A DNA stretch of 64,000 bases from Actinomycetota bacterium (GTDB lineage Bacteria > Actinomycetota > Thermoleophilia > RBG-16-64-13): positions 112,229 to 176,228 of the forward strand of contig JADQBG010000010.1 of the NCBI GenBank assembly GCA_016278725.1, written 5' to 3'. Made by a program: the position numbers and the translations under genes. The notes under the pieces were generated by a model that worked only from the letters and a program-made list of their open reading frames with translations, had not been told where the DNA came from and did no database searches. Shown one piece after another: positions 35,451 through 45,147 of the stretch (position 1 is its first letter; every line of letters starts with the position of its first letter).

Positions 35451-36859
35451 TTCCCCTGCTCAGCCGGACGGAAGCGCTCGATCGCGTTAACCACGCTCTG
35501 GCCGCCGCCAAACGCGCCGGCGCCACCCAGAGTGAGGCCGTGCTGATGACCGACGTTTCGGCGCTCACCCGCTACGCCGTCGACCGCATTCACCAGCACG
35601 TGGGCGAGAGCAACGCCCAGCTGCGCATCCGGGCCGTGAGCGAAGGCCGAGCGGCGGTGGCCGCGGGCAACCGCCTCGATTACCAGGGCATTGACGAACT
35701 GGCCGAGCGCGCCGTTGCCATGGCGCGGGCCTCCGAGCCAGACACGGGCTTGGAGATCATGCCCGAGACCCCCGAAACCGGCTACGTCGATCAGACGACC
35801 TACTACGAGTCGACGGCTCTTCTCGACGCCGACCAGCGGGCCGCGGTCGTGGGCGAGATTCTCCGCCGGCTCTCCGATGCGGGACAGGACGGCTTCGGCG
35901 CGCTCACCAATGGCCTATCCGAACACGCCGTCGCCAACAGCCACGGGATGCAGGCCTATCAGGCCTTCAGCGACGTCTGGCTCTCGGTGATCGCCCGTGC
36001 GCGCGAAGGCGCTGACGGCAGGCAACCACCCAGCGGCTACGCCACCGCGGCCAACCGGGATTGGGTCGAGCTGGACCCCCAGTTTGTCGCCTCGACGGCC
36101 ATGGAAAAGGCGAGTCCCCGGGCGAGCCGCCAGGTGCCGCCGGGCCGTTACCGGGTGCTTTTCGAAGAGGAGGCGGCGGCCGAACTCCTCTCCTACCTGG
36201 GCTATTTGGCGTTCAATGGACTCGCCTTCGAGGAGGGTCGCAGTCTTTTCAGCGGCAAGCTGGGAGAGGCGCGCTACCCTTCCTTGCTCACGGTCCGCGA
36301 CGATCCCACCGACGTGCGCGGGGCGAACCTATCCTTCGACTTCGAGGGCGTGGCCAAAGCCCCCTACACCCTGATCAGAGAGGGCCGGGTCGAGCGCGTG
36401 GTGTGGGACACGCTGCGCGCCAAGCAGTCCCGCGAGAGGACGGCCTCGGGCGAGCGGAGCACCGGCCATGCGCTGCCCGCGCCCAACACCTACGGTCCCA
36501 TGCCCTTCAACCTGGTGCTCTCCGGCGGCGAGTCGGATCGGGAGGAGCTCCTGCGCACGCTGGATCACGGCCTGCTGGTCACGCGCTTTCACTACTCCAA
36601 CACGGTGGATCCTGCGAAGACGCTGCTGACCGGCATGACCCGGGACGGGACCTTTCTGGTCGAGGACGGCAGGATCGTCGCGCGAACTCAGGACCTGCGC
36701 TGGGTGGATTCCGTCGACTCGTTGCTCAAGGGTTTGATCGCGGTGGGCGAGCAGCCTCGGCTGATCTCCGAGGGGCCCGGGTACGACCTGCGCTTCTTAT
36801 CCGGAGTGCTGGCAGCGCCGGTTGTCTGCGAGAGCTTTCACGTAACCGGCTCCGCCTGA
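35447..36859 (+). CDS. tldE: TldE/PmbA subunit
   Basis: ATGA overlap with tldD; PPG.Y.V.F, FDFEG, TGHA and TGMTRDG motifs; no HExxH. Confidence 0.88.
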   Translation: MIPLLSRTEALDRVNHALAAAKRAGATQSEAVLMTDVSALTRYAVDRIHQHVGESNAQLRIRAVSEGRAAVAAGNRLDYQGIDELAERAVAMARASEPDTGLEIMPETPETGYVDQTTYYESTALLDADQRAAVVGEILRRLSDAGQDGFGALTNGLSEHAVANSHGMQAYQAFSDVWLSVIARAREGADGRQPPSGYATAANRDWVELDPQFVASTAMEKASPRASRQVPPGRYRVLFEEEAAAELLSYLGYLAFNGLAFEEGRSLFSGKLGEARYPSLLTVRDDPTDVRGANLSFDFEGVAKAPYTLIREGRVERVVWDTLRAKQSRERTASGERSTGHALPAPNTYGPMPFNLVLSGGESDREELLRTLDHGLLVTRFHYSNTVDPAKTLLTGMTRDGTFLVEDGRIVARTQDLRWVDSVDSLLKGLIAVGEQPRLISEGPGYDLRFLSGVLAAPVVCESFHVTGSA

Positions 36860-36918
36860 CGCCGGCCCGCCCCCCCGGCACCGAACCCGGCCCCACGGGG
36901 CCGGCCACGTCAGATACC

Positions 36919-37248
36919 TCAGCCCCCGCCGAGCAGCCGGAAGACGGCCATCAGCACCGAGCCGAAGACCACGGTGGCGATGATGCTGCGGGTCATGCGC
37001 GCCACCAGCAAGGTGGGGAGTGTCACCAGCAGAGCAAGGTTACCCGCGGAGATTTCCACGGAGCCCTCAGGAGCCAGCACCAGCGGAACGGCAAACGCGG
37101 CCAACACCGCGACGGGAAAGCCACGCAAGAAGCGGAGTAGCCGCGGCGGCATCGCCCGGTCGGCCAGCGCCAAGAGGGGCAGCGCCCGGGGCAGGTAGGT
37201 GACCGTGCCCATGGCCAGGATCGCCAGGAAGAGGTCGATTCCGTCCAT
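36919..37248 (-). CDS. azlD: AzlD branched-chain amino acid exporter small subunit
   Basis: M..VTYLPR.LP and P.AVLAA..P motifs; coupled to azlC. Confidence 0.85.
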   Translation of the reverse strand: MDGIDLFLAILAMGTVTYLPRALPLLALADRAMPPRLLRFLRGFPVAVLAAFAVPLVLAPEGSVEISAGNLALLVTLPTLLVARMTRSIIATVVFGSVLMAVFRLLGGG

Positions 37249-38087
37249 TAGGGGCCGTCCTGGCCGGTCCCGGGCTCGGGTCCGATCTTGCCGGCCGTCT
37301 CTTTCTCGTCTGCCGGGAAGAAGAGGCCCACCGCGCTGGCAACCAGCGTGGCCACGATCACTCCCATCGTCGAATGCCCCTGCGTCCAGAAGGCGAGCGA
37401 AACCGCCCCGGCCACCAGCCCGATGGTCACTTCCCGCAGATGATCGGTCTGCAGAGCGAGCAGAGCCACGAACATGGCGATCAGCGCATAGTCCAGGCCG
37501 AAGCGCAGGGGATCCCCGACGAATCCGCCCACCAGTCCGCCCAGCAGGGAGGCGGTGACCCAGGAGATCTGGGCCGTTCCGTTGAGTGAGGCCGTAAAGC
37601 CGAAGGGCAGCGAGCGGGTGTGCGGCGCCGCGCGCATGCTCATGACGAAAGACTCGTCCGTAACCTCAGCCGCCAACCACGCCAGCCGTCCCCGACCGAT
37701 CGGCTCGAGATAAGGGGCCAGGGCGGTGGTGTAGAGCGTGTGGCGCAGATTGACCAAGAAGGTGGTCGTCACCAACGTCAGGGCCGAGACCCCCTGATCG
37801 AGCAGGCCGACCGCGAGGAACTGGGCAGAGCCGGCGTAGACCAGAACCGACATCGCCACTATCGCCCAGAGCGGCACGCCAACCGCCGCCCCCAGGACTC
37901 CATAGGCGAAACCGATGGGCAGATAGCCCAGAACGATAGGCAAAGCCTCACGCACTCCCCGCCGGGCCGACAGCGCCGCCCCCCCGGCCGCTTGTCGGCC
38001 GACGCGGCCGTCGCTTTCTCGAACCGTGCCCTCCTGCGGCGAGGAGGGCTCAGCGGGGGAACCGGCGGGTGTCGTTTGCTCATACAT
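37248..38087 (-). CDS. azlC: AzlC branched-chain amino acid exporter permease
   Basis: PIVLGYLPIG.AYG, MS..VYAGSAQF, VNLRH and TDESF motifs. Confidence 0.92.
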   Translation of the reverse strand: MYEQTTPAGSPAEPSSPQEGTVRESDGRVGRQAAGGAALSARRGVREALPIVLGYLPIGFAYGVLGAAVGVPLWAIVAMSVLVYAGSAQFLAVGLLDQGVSALTLVTTTFLVNLRHTLYTTALAPYLEPIGRGRLAWLAAEVTDESFVMSMRAAPHTRSLPFGFTASLNGTAQISWVTASLLGGLVGGFVGDPLRFGLDYALIAMFVALLALQTDHLREVTIGLVAGAVSLAFWTQGHSTMGVIVATLVASAVGLFFPADEKETAGKIGPEPGTGQDGP

Positions 38088-38177
38088 GCGGGGGGCTAGG
38101 ATACCGGCTCGGGCGAAACAACACGATCGCCCGCGACGCTACACCGAATCGAATCACGCCCAACCACTCTAATTTGC

Positions 38178-38205
38178 TTGCAATTTTTCTTGGAAACCTT
38201 AGAAT
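38178..38205 (+). promoter_or_regulatory. Housekeeping-type promoter for the kinase/regulator operon
   Basis: TTGCAA-16 nt-TAGAAT in an AT-rich intergenic patch. Confidence 0.5.
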
Positions 38206-38318
38206 CAGTCTGCGAGTCGAAAAGTTCTCTTCTTGATGGCGGCCATCAGCGTCAGAGGAAAGGACGGGGCTCGCACGGGGGATAGATACTCGGCCTATGG
38301 CCGGGGAGGGTCAGCTTC

Positions 38319-39362
38319 ATGAAACCTCTGAGCGGAGCGTTACGCTACCGGCTGCTAAGGGCACGCTACCTGCTCGCGTCCTTAATCGTCCTGGCGATCC
38401 TCGCCGGTGCGCTCTTTTACTACTACCTGGATGCCCGCACGCTCCTGCTCCCCTACTTCTTCCTACCCGTTACGGCCGGCGCGGTGCTGTCGGGCAGAAT
38501 CAAGGGACTGGCATACGCCCTGCTCGCCATATTTCTGGTGGGCGGCCCCGTGATGTTTTGGGGTAGCGAGTTCCTGCATCGCGGCACCGCGCACCAGAGC
38601 GATGAGTTGGCCGCGCTCGGGGCCTGGCTCTTCCTTCTGCCGGTAAGCGCTTTCATCGTCGGCCTGGTCTCGGAGTTGGGGGGCAACCGGCTGCTCGTCT
38701 TGGGACTGGGGGCCGACGCCATGAGCGCGGTCGAGCGCGAACGCAAGCGGATGGCCTTCGACATCCACGACGGCATCGCCCAGACCGCAAATACAGCGCT
38801 GATGCAGGCGGAAGTCTTGGAGATGCTCGCCGAAAAAGCGGATCCCGAACTGCGTTCGCAGATAAGGAGCGTGCGCGACACCGCCTCCCTGGCCGTCGGC
38901 GAGATCCGCACGATGATAGGTCAGCTGCGCCCTCCTGCCCTCTCCGCCTCGGAATTTCCGGCCACTCTGCACCATTTGATTGAGGATTTCGTCGAGAGGA
39001 CCGATATCAAGATCGAGTTCGACCTGGCAGCCGATCTGAGCGGGCATTCGGACTCTGTCCGCATCTGTGTTTTCCGGGTGATGCAGGAAGCGCTCAGCAA
39101 CATACAGAATCATGCTAAGGCCTCGCGCGCCTATGTCGGGCTGAACGAAGCTCGAGGAGGAGTCTTCTTGACCATTCGCGATGATGGAGTCGGCTTCGAG
39201 GTTCCGGCGCTCAACCAGCTGTTGGCGGTCACCTCGCAATCCCATCACGGGCTCGCGAGCATGCAGGAACGGGTGTGGCTACTGACCGGCCGCATCGAGA
39301 TCGAAAGCCGGCCCCAGGAAGGCACCGCCATCCGCGCCTTCATCCCCCGGTACCAGGCCTAG
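38319..39362 (+). CDS. Membrane sensor histidine kinase (HisKA_3, NarX/DegS type)
   Basis: ERKRMAFDIHDG.AQ, LRP, FR..QEALSN..HA, DDGVGF, GL..M.ERV motifs; about 4 TM helices. Confidence 0.92.
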   Translation: MKPLSGALRYRLLRARYLLASLIVLAILAGALFYYYLDARTLLLPYFFLPVTAGAVLSGRIKGLAYALLAIFLVGGPVMFWGSEFLHRGTAHQSDELAALGAWLFLLPVSAFIVGLVSELGGNRLLVLGLGADAMSAVERERKRMAFDIHDGIAQTANTALMQAEVLEMLAEKADPELRSQIRSVRDTASLAVGEIRTMIGQLRPPALSASEFPATLHHLIEDFVERTDIKIEFDLAADLSGHSDSVRICVFRVMQEALSNIQNHAKASRAYVGLNEARGGVFLTIRDDGVGFEVPALNQLLAVTSQSHHGLASMQERVWLLTGRIEIESRPQEGTAIRAFIPRYQA

Positions 39363-39371
39363 GGGGAGCCG

Positions 39372-40031
39372 GTGACCGTCGACCAGATTCCCCTCGACTA
39401 CCCTCTGCCCCTCGCGCGCGAGATCCGGGTGCTGATCGCGGACGATCACGAGTTGATCCGTTCGGCGGTCAAGCAGGCGCTGCGCGCGGCGGACGACATC
39501 CGGGTGGTGGGCGAAGCGGCCGACGGGGAGGGGGTGCTAAAAGCGCTGGAGGACCGGCAGGTCGACGTGGTGCTCCTGGACGTGCGCATGCCCCGGATGG
39601 ACGGCTTCACCTGCCTTGACCAGCTTCACGCGCGGAGCCCTGATCTATCGGTGCTCATGCTGAGCGTGGACGACAACCGCGACACCGCAATCGAGGCGCT
39701 GCGCCGGGGCGCCTGCGGTTACGTGCTCAAATCAATTCGCCCCGCTGATCTCGCCTCCGCCGTACGGCAGGCGGCGAGCGGCACCGTCTTCATGGGGGGC
39801 AGCGGCCTTTCCGACGCCTTCGCGCCCAAGCCCGAGGACGATCTGGATGTCACCCCCCGGGAACTCGAGATCCTGCGCCTGGTCGCCGACGGCAAGTGCA
39901 ACCAGGACATCGCGCGCGAGCTCCACGTCACCGTGAAGACGGTCAAATACCACCTGACCAACATCTTCGCCAAGCTCGGCGTCTCGAACCGCACCGAGGC
40001 GGCCTCCTTCGCGCTCAAGCGCGGCCTGTAG
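39372..40031 (+). CDS. NarL/LuxR family response regulator
   Basis: REC domain (ADDH, LLDVRMP, K) plus TPRE.EIL..VA.G..N..IA..L....TVK.H HTH. Confidence 0.95.
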   Translation: MTVDQIPLDYPLPLAREIRVLIADDHELIRSAVKQALRAADDIRVVGEAADGEGVLKALEDRQVDVVLLDVRMPRMDGFTCLDQLHARSPDLSVLMLSVDDNRDTAIEALRRGACGYVLKSIRPADLASAVRQAASGTVFMGGSGLSDAFAPKPEDDLDVTPRELEILRLVADGKCNQDIARELHVTVKTVKYHLTNIFAKLGVSNRTEAASFALKRGL

Positions 40032-40110
40032 CCCCCGGCCGCCGCCCTCGGAGACGCTGACCCTAGCCTGGCGCGGCCCGCCAGATCGCGGCGGCCTGCA
40101 GCCCAAACCC

Positions 40111-40169
40111 GGACCTCCGACCCCCACTTTCGGACCCAACCCCCGCGAATCCCGGACCAAGACTGGACC
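40111..40169. repeat. Helically phased GGACC direct repeats, candidate regulator operator
   Basis: GGACC starts at 40111, 40132, 40154 and 40165 (spacings 21, 22, 11 bp). Confidence 0.5.
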
Positions 40170-40238
40170 CCAGGCGAGGGTTTTCGTTTGCGTGCACCTT
40201 TAATCTCATCGCATGGAGTCCGTGAACTGGGAGGAAGG

Positions 40239-40640
40239 TTGGACCGAGTAATCCGTGTTGTGGTTATCGATGACAATGAGCCCTTCAGGGATGCGCTTGT
40301 CCACCTCCTTACCCTCGACGGCTCCATCGACGTGGTAGGCGTGGGAACCGATGGGAGTTGGCTGATGCCTCTGTGCGAGGAGCTCCGACCGGACGTCGCC
40401 CTGGTGGACCTGATGATGCCCGTGCTCGATGGAGCGCTGGCCACCAGTGAGCTGAAAGAGCGCTTCCCTGAGATCGGGATCATTGTCTTCTCGGTCTTCA
40501 ACCAGGAACGCTACGTCCGGCGGGGGCTCGAAGCCGGGGCCGACCGCTATCTCGTTAAAGGAACCCCCCGACAGGAACTGCTAAGGAGCATCAAGTCCTT
40601 GGCGGCCGAGAAGCACCTGCGGGAGCGGCACCACGTGTAG
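40239..40640 (+). CDS. Single-domain response regulator (REC only)
   Basis: IDDN, LVDLMMP..DG, S and K motifs; GGGAGG RBS before TTG 40239. Confidence 0.85.
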   Translation: MDRVIRVVVIDDNEPFRDALVHLLTLDGSIDVVGVGTDGSWLMPLCEELRPDVALVDLMMPVLDGALATSELKERFPEIGIIVFSVFNQERYVRRGLEAGADRYLVKGTPRQELLRSIKSLAAEKHLRERHHV

Positions 40641-40769
40641 GTCGGAAGCCAGAGCGGACGACGCCGGGCCTCAGCACCGCCAAAGGACAAGCGCCTGGGA
40701 CTGACGACGCAAAGGCCTTCCGGGGAGAAGCGGAGATTTCGAGAGATTGACGGGAGGAGGTGACAAGAA

Positions 40770-40946
40770 ATGTTGGAGCTTTACTGCAAAGTAGTTGCTT
40801 ATCTCAAGGCAGAAGATGGCGTCACCGCCATCGAGTACGGCCTGATCGCCACGCTGGTAGCCGTCGCCCTGATCGCCGGTGCCTATGCTCTGGGCGGAAG
40901 CCTGAACAATACGTTTCAGACTCTTTCCACGAAGATCCACGGCTAG
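40770..40946 (+). CDS. flp: Flp family type IVc pilin (58 aa)
   Basis: Below the track's size cutoff. GGAGGAGG RBS. MLELYCKVVAYLKAEDG/VTAIEYGLIATLVAVALIAGAYALGGSLNNTFQTLSTKIHG carries the Flp G-x4-EY motif. Confidence 0.93.
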   Translation: MLELYCKVVAYLKAEDGVTAIEYGLIATLVAVALIAGAYALGGSLNNTFQTLSTKIHG

Positions 40947-41007
40947 CCACAACCGGCCCGCGCCCGAACTGCAAACTTCGGGCGCGGGCGCTACGACTGG
41001 ATAACGA

Positions 41008-41409
41008 ATGAATTCATTGAAGACACGAGCAATCGAAGATAGGGGAGTCGCCGCGGTCGAATTCGCGCTCGTGCTCCCCATCCTGCTCGTGCTGGTCTTC
41101 GGCATCATCGATTTCGGTCTCTACTACTACAACGACCTCCTCCTCACCCAGACCGCCCGAGATGCGGCTCGCTACGTCTCGGTTGGAGACGTAGCCGAAG
41201 CGAACGACGTCATCGACAACCTCACGGCGTCGTTGGTTTCGACCACGTTCACGAGAAGCATTACCTATCCCGCCGGTGTTGAGGACCAAGGTGCAGAGGC
41301 AACCGTTGCCCTGACGGGCACCTACAAGACGCTCACTCCCCTTCCGCAACTCGCGGGCCTGGGCGAGACCTTCGCCATCAACGCTACGGCGAAGATGAGG
41401 CGCGAGTAA
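41008..41409 (+). CDS. tadE: TadE pseudopilin
   Basis: DRG/VAAVEFALVLP....FGIIDFG......ARDAAR signature. Confidence 0.9.
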   Translation: MNSLKTRAIEDRGVAAVEFALVLPILLVLVFGIIDFGLYYYNDLLLTQTARDAARYVSVGDVAEANDVIDNLTASLVSTTFTRSITYPAGVEDQGAEATVALTGTYKTLTPLPQLAGLGETFAINATAKMRRE

Positions 41410-41410
41410 C

Positions 41411-42961
41411 TTGAGCCCGGTCCACCGAAAAGTCCAGAGGGCCCCTGCCGAAGAATCCGGAGCTGTCGCCATCATTGTCGCCCTCCTCCTTGTCGCCTTT
41501 CTGGCGCTGGTCGCGCTGGTCGTCGATCTTGGCGGCCTCTACGATCACGACCGCGACCTGCAAACCGCGGCGGACGCGGGTGCCCTGGCCGGAGCTCAGG
41601 AGCTCATCTACAGCCAAGGGTCGATAGCCGACGCCTCGGCGATGGCGACGGACTACGTCAACAGGAACGCGGCCGACAGTAACGTGGCTGCCGATGGACT
41701 GGTTCCTTGGAGTCCCAACGTGAGCGCGCGGTCTGTCGAGGTTAACCTGCGCGAGGAGGGCGTGCCCTTCTTCTTCGCCCCAATCATCGGCGAGACCGAA
41801 GGGACGGTGACCGCCCATGCCAAAGCGGAAGTCGTCTATCTCACATCAGTGAACCACGTGCTGCCCCTGGCCATCCCGTACATGCATCCAGAGCGCTTCC
41901 GGGTTGTCTACCGCGGGACAGGGATCAAATACGAGATCACGAATCCCAACCATGACGATAACGAGAACGACGATGGTGTGTACTCAGGCGGGAAGCCCCT
42001 CGACAGCCTGCCGGGACCCGGCGCGTACCTCATCGACCTGGAAGCCCTAGACGCAGAGAGCGGGGACCCTGTCTTCACGTGGCCGGGGGTTGGCCTCTGG
42101 CGGGTGTTCGGCGAACCAGAGCTGATCACATCCATGGAGATCCAGCGCTCCGGAGATAGCTTCTCAATTTCGGTCGAAACCCCCGGCAGCCTCGATCTTT
42201 CTCAGCTCGGAGGCCGGGTGGGTGGATCGAATTTCACCCTCACAAGAAACATGACTGCCTACCCGGTAGGTTCAGCCAATGCCATTTACCAGGCGAGCGC
42301 GATCACTATCCCCACCCAGCACATCCGAGAAGGCTGGGGCACGGTCGACGTGACGATTACCGACCGCGAGCTCCAACTGCTGGACGAGCGCGTCGCCCGC
42401 TTCTATGTCTCGCGGATGCCGTTCCCGATCTATGACTTTGAACAGACGATGCCGGCCGGCTACGGTGTGCCCGAACCGGGGGACTCTCTTTCCATCGGCG
42501 CCGAGGTGACCGTCAGGGTGCTGAAGTTCAACGAGCTGACGGAGCTCAAGGTGAACATGAATACGACCGGCGAGTGGAGCGGCAACGAATTCTGGGCCGA
42601 CATCTATAGCGACGTCAGTAACCTGTCCGACGAACTCGGCGCCCCCGGAGAAGACCCATACTTCCCGCTCGAGATTGGCAGCCGACTCAAGTCAGAAACG
42701 GGACGCATGGTCGGACAGATCGACATGGATCACCTTATTGGAGAGACCGTGATCGTCCCGATAGTCGACCCCACGAGCTTCCCCGGCCAGAGCGACACTT
42801 GGCGAATCCAGTCTTTCGCTCCATTCCGCATCGACAGTTACACGGCTACCGGCCAAGGAACCGAGGTGATTGGCGAGTTCGTGCACGGGCTGTCGAACGG
42901 GGAGTGGCAATTGGAGCCTCCCGGGGGGCTGTATGTAGAATCAGCGGTCCTGATCGAATAG
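41411..42961 (+). CDS. TadG-like large pseudopilin/adhesin
   Basis: ESG/AVAIIVA...ALVVDLG...LQTAADAGALAGA Tad N-terminus followed by a large variable extracellular domain. Confidence 0.85.
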   Translation: MSPVHRKVQRAPAEESGAVAIIVALLLVAFLALVALVVDLGGLYDHDRDLQTAADAGALAGAQELIYSQGSIADASAMATDYVNRNAADSNVAADGLVPWSPNVSARSVEVNLREEGVPFFFAPIIGETEGTVTAHAKAEVVYLTSVNHVLPLAIPYMHPERFRVVYRGTGIKYEITNPNHDDNENDDGVYSGGKPLDSLPGPGAYLIDLEALDAESGDPVFTWPGVGLWRVFGEPELITSMEIQRSGDSFSISVETPGSLDLSQLGGRVGGSNFTLTRNMTAYPVGSANAIYQASAITIPTQHIREGWGTVDVTITDRELQLLDERVARFYVSRMPFPIYDFEQTMPAGYGVPEPGDSLSIGAEVTVRVLKFNELTELKVNMNTTGEWSGNEFWADIYSDVSNLSDELGAPGEDPYFPLEIGSRLKSETGRMVGQIDMDHLIGETVIVPIVDPTSFPGQSDTWRIQSFAPFRIDSYTATGQGTEVIGEFVHGLSNGEWQLEPPGGLYVESAVLIE

Positions 42962-43004
42962 TGAGAAAAGTGAGCGCCAACAGCAGCAAGCGGGAGGAGC
43001 AGTA

Positions 43005-43904
43005 ATGGGAAAACGCAGAGCAATAGCCTTGATCGGGGCCGTGGTGCTGGCGCTGGCCGCCGCCGGCCTCGCATTTTGGTATGTGTCCAATGTGCGGACC
43101 GAGGCCGTGGAGCAAGAGGACACGGTCATGGTTCTGGTGGCGGCCGAGGACATCCCCGCCCGCACCAGCGGTGAAGCCGTGGTTTCGAACAACCTGGTCG
43201 CACAGGAGGAAGTTCCGCGGCGCCTCGTGGTGCCCGGCGCCCTGGCAAGTGAGACCGACCTGCAGGACCGGGTGCTGTTAGCCAGCGTGAGCAAGGGCCA
43301 GCAACTGGTGTCCTCACAGCTGGCCGCTCCGGAAACAGAGAGCCTGGCCTTCCGCATCAAGAATGGGATGCGGGCGGTTTCGGTCACCATCGATCGAGCC
43401 CGGGCCGTGGCCGGCCTGATACAGCCGGGAGACCGGGTGGACGTGGTCGCCACCTTCGACTATGAGATCTTCAACCAGGGTAGCGCCACCCTGGGGCAAG
43501 TAATCCCCAAAGAAGAAGTGGCCAGAGTCAAATCTGAGTCGGGCATCGACCTGAACGCCAGCAAGTCCTCCGTCACCCGGACGATCCTGCAGCAGGCTGA
43601 AGTTCTGCACATCGACCCGCCCGACCAGCTCGCCGCCGACACCCGTAGAGCCACGGAAGCCGAGGGCGACACCGAAGCGCAGGCGCCCGACCTGCCGGTC
43701 GCGGTTCTCATGGTGAGCCCGCTCGACGCCGAGAAACTTATCTTCGCCGAAGAGATGGGTGTGGTCGCCTTCTCCCTGGTGCCCGCCGAGGACACCCAAA
43801 GGGTAAGCACCCCGGGCCGCATGCTGGGCAACGAGTTCTCCCCCACCCCCCAACCTGAGCCCACCGAAGCCAAGCCGGTGGCAGCCGTCTCGACCAAGCA
43901 GTAG
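43005..43904 (+). CDS. cpaB: Flp pilus assembly protein CpaB/RcpC
   Basis: SAF domain VLVAAEDIP; GMRAVSV and AGLIQPGDRVDV motifs. Confidence 0.92.
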   Translation: MGKRRAIALIGAVVLALAAAGLAFWYVSNVRTEAVEQEDTVMVLVAAEDIPARTSGEAVVSNNLVAQEEVPRRLVVPGALASETDLQDRVLLASVSKGQQLVSSQLAAPETESLAFRIKNGMRAVSVTIDRARAVAGLIQPGDRVDVVATFDYEIFNQGSATLGQVIPKEEVARVKSESGIDLNASKSSVTRTILQQAEVLHIDPPDQLAADTRRATEAEGDTEAQAPDLPVAVLMVSPLDAEKLIFAEEMGVVAFSLVPAEDTQRVSTPGRMLGNEFSPTPQPEPTEAKPVAAVSTKQ

Positions 43905-43912
43905 GAGCAGGT

Positions 43913-45130
43913 ATGCCTGAAGCAAATAGCAACGGTCAGCGGAGTCCGCGGATTCTGGTCGCGGGAAGCAGCGCGGAGCTGCGGGAAGGCCTCCGAAACG
44001 TGCTGCGCGAACACCCATCGCACCCCGAGGTCTTCGAGGCCGCCGATTCCGACAGCACGCTGGCCATAGCCCAAGAGCAGCGCCCGGACGTCATCCTGGT
44101 GGACGTGGGACTCGGTCCGGTCGATGGCTTCGAGACGGTTCGCAATCTGATCGCCTCGGTGCCCGGCACCAGCGTGCTGCTACTGGCCAACCGGCTCGAG
44201 CACGAGGACTTCCGCCGCGCCCTGCAGGTGGGGGCACGCGACATGCTCCAGGTGCCGGTCACCCGTGAAGACCTCTTTGCCTCTATCGACGCGGCGCTTG
44301 CCGTCAGCCTGGGCAAGCGCACGGCCCTCGAGGGCTATAACGCGGCCGAGGCCGAGCCCCAGCGGGCCATGGGACTTGCCGTCTTCAGTACCAAGGGCGG
44401 CACGGGCAAGACCTTCATCGCCACCAACGTGGCCGCCGGTTTGGCCCAGGCCGGTAAACGGGTGGCTCTGCTCGACTTCGATCTGCAATTCGGCGACGCC
44501 GCCATCGCCCTGGGTCTGGTCCCGGAACGAACCATCTACGATCTGGTGCAGACCTACACGGAACTCGACGAACAGCTGGTCAAGGAGTTCATGCTGCCCC
44601 ACGTTTCGGGCCTGCAACTGCTGCCGGCGCCGCTATTCCCCGATCAGGCCGAAGAGATCACCCCGGGAGACATCAAACGCGTGCTGGAAGCGGTCGGCGG
44701 TGCCTTCGACTACGTGGTGATCGACAGTCCTCCCTTCTTCGAGGAACGCATCCTGATCGCCCTGGAGTGGGCCGACACGGTAATCCACATTGGCAGCATG
44801 GACCTGCCAAGCATCAAGAACATGAAGGTCTCCTTCGGCGCGATGGACGCGATCGGCCACCCGCGGGAGAAGATCCGGCTGGTGATGAACCGGGCCGACT
44901 CCCGGGTCGGGCTCGAAATAGCCGACTGCGAAAAGCACCTGGGGATGACGGTCCAGCACAGCATTCCGAGTTCCATCGAAGTTCCCCGAGCGCTGAACTC
45001 GGGAGAGGTCGTGCTGCTCAGCCGGCCGGGGTCGCGCGTCGCGCGGGAGCTTGCCGGGATCATAAGCGTATTCGAGCAGGTGGAAGCCAACGGCAAGCGC
45101 CGCGGGCTCAGCCGGCTCAGGCGAAGCTAA
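43913..45130 (+). CDS. cpaE: CpaE/TadZ pilus localisation ATPase with N-terminal REC domain
   Basis: REC-like N-terminus; KGGTGKT, DFDLQFGD and IDSPP motifs. Confidence 0.9.
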   Translation: MPEANSNGQRSPRILVAGSSAELREGLRNVLREHPSHPEVFEAADSDSTLAIAQEQRPDVILVDVGLGPVDGFETVRNLIASVPGTSVLLLANRLEHEDFRRALQVGARDMLQVPVTREDLFASIDAALAVSLGKRTALEGYNAAEAEPQRAMGLAVFSTKGGTGKTFIATNVAAGLAQAGKRVALLDFDLQFGDAAIALGLVPERTIYDLVQTYTELDEQLVKEFMLPHVSGLQLLPAPLFPDQAEEITPGDIKRVLEAVGGAFDYVVIDSPPFFEERILIALEWADTVIHIGSMDLPSIKNMKVSFGAMDAIGHPREKIRLVMNRADSRVGLEIADCEKHLGMTVQHSIPSSIEVPRALNSGEVVLLSRPGSRVARELAGIISVFEQVEANGKRRGLSRLRRS

Positions 45131-45147
45131 GAGGGGAGTGAGGGCAG

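Noticed and set aside
34011..36859. TldD/E as part of a RiPP or encapsulin cluster
   Set aside because: No precursor peptide, YcaO, radical SAM or encapsulin gene is adjacent; it looks like a housekeeping pair.
40640..40770. c-di-GMP-I riboswitch upstream of flp (GACGCAAAG)
   Set aside because: Only this short word matches; the GGCAAA-stem-GAAA tetraloop and P3 elements are absent.
40770..40946. Flp as an aromatic-rich conductive e-pilin
   Set aside because: The mature 41-aa pilin has only 2 Tyr and 1 Phe (plus 1 His), widely spaced, so there is no sequence support for conductivity.
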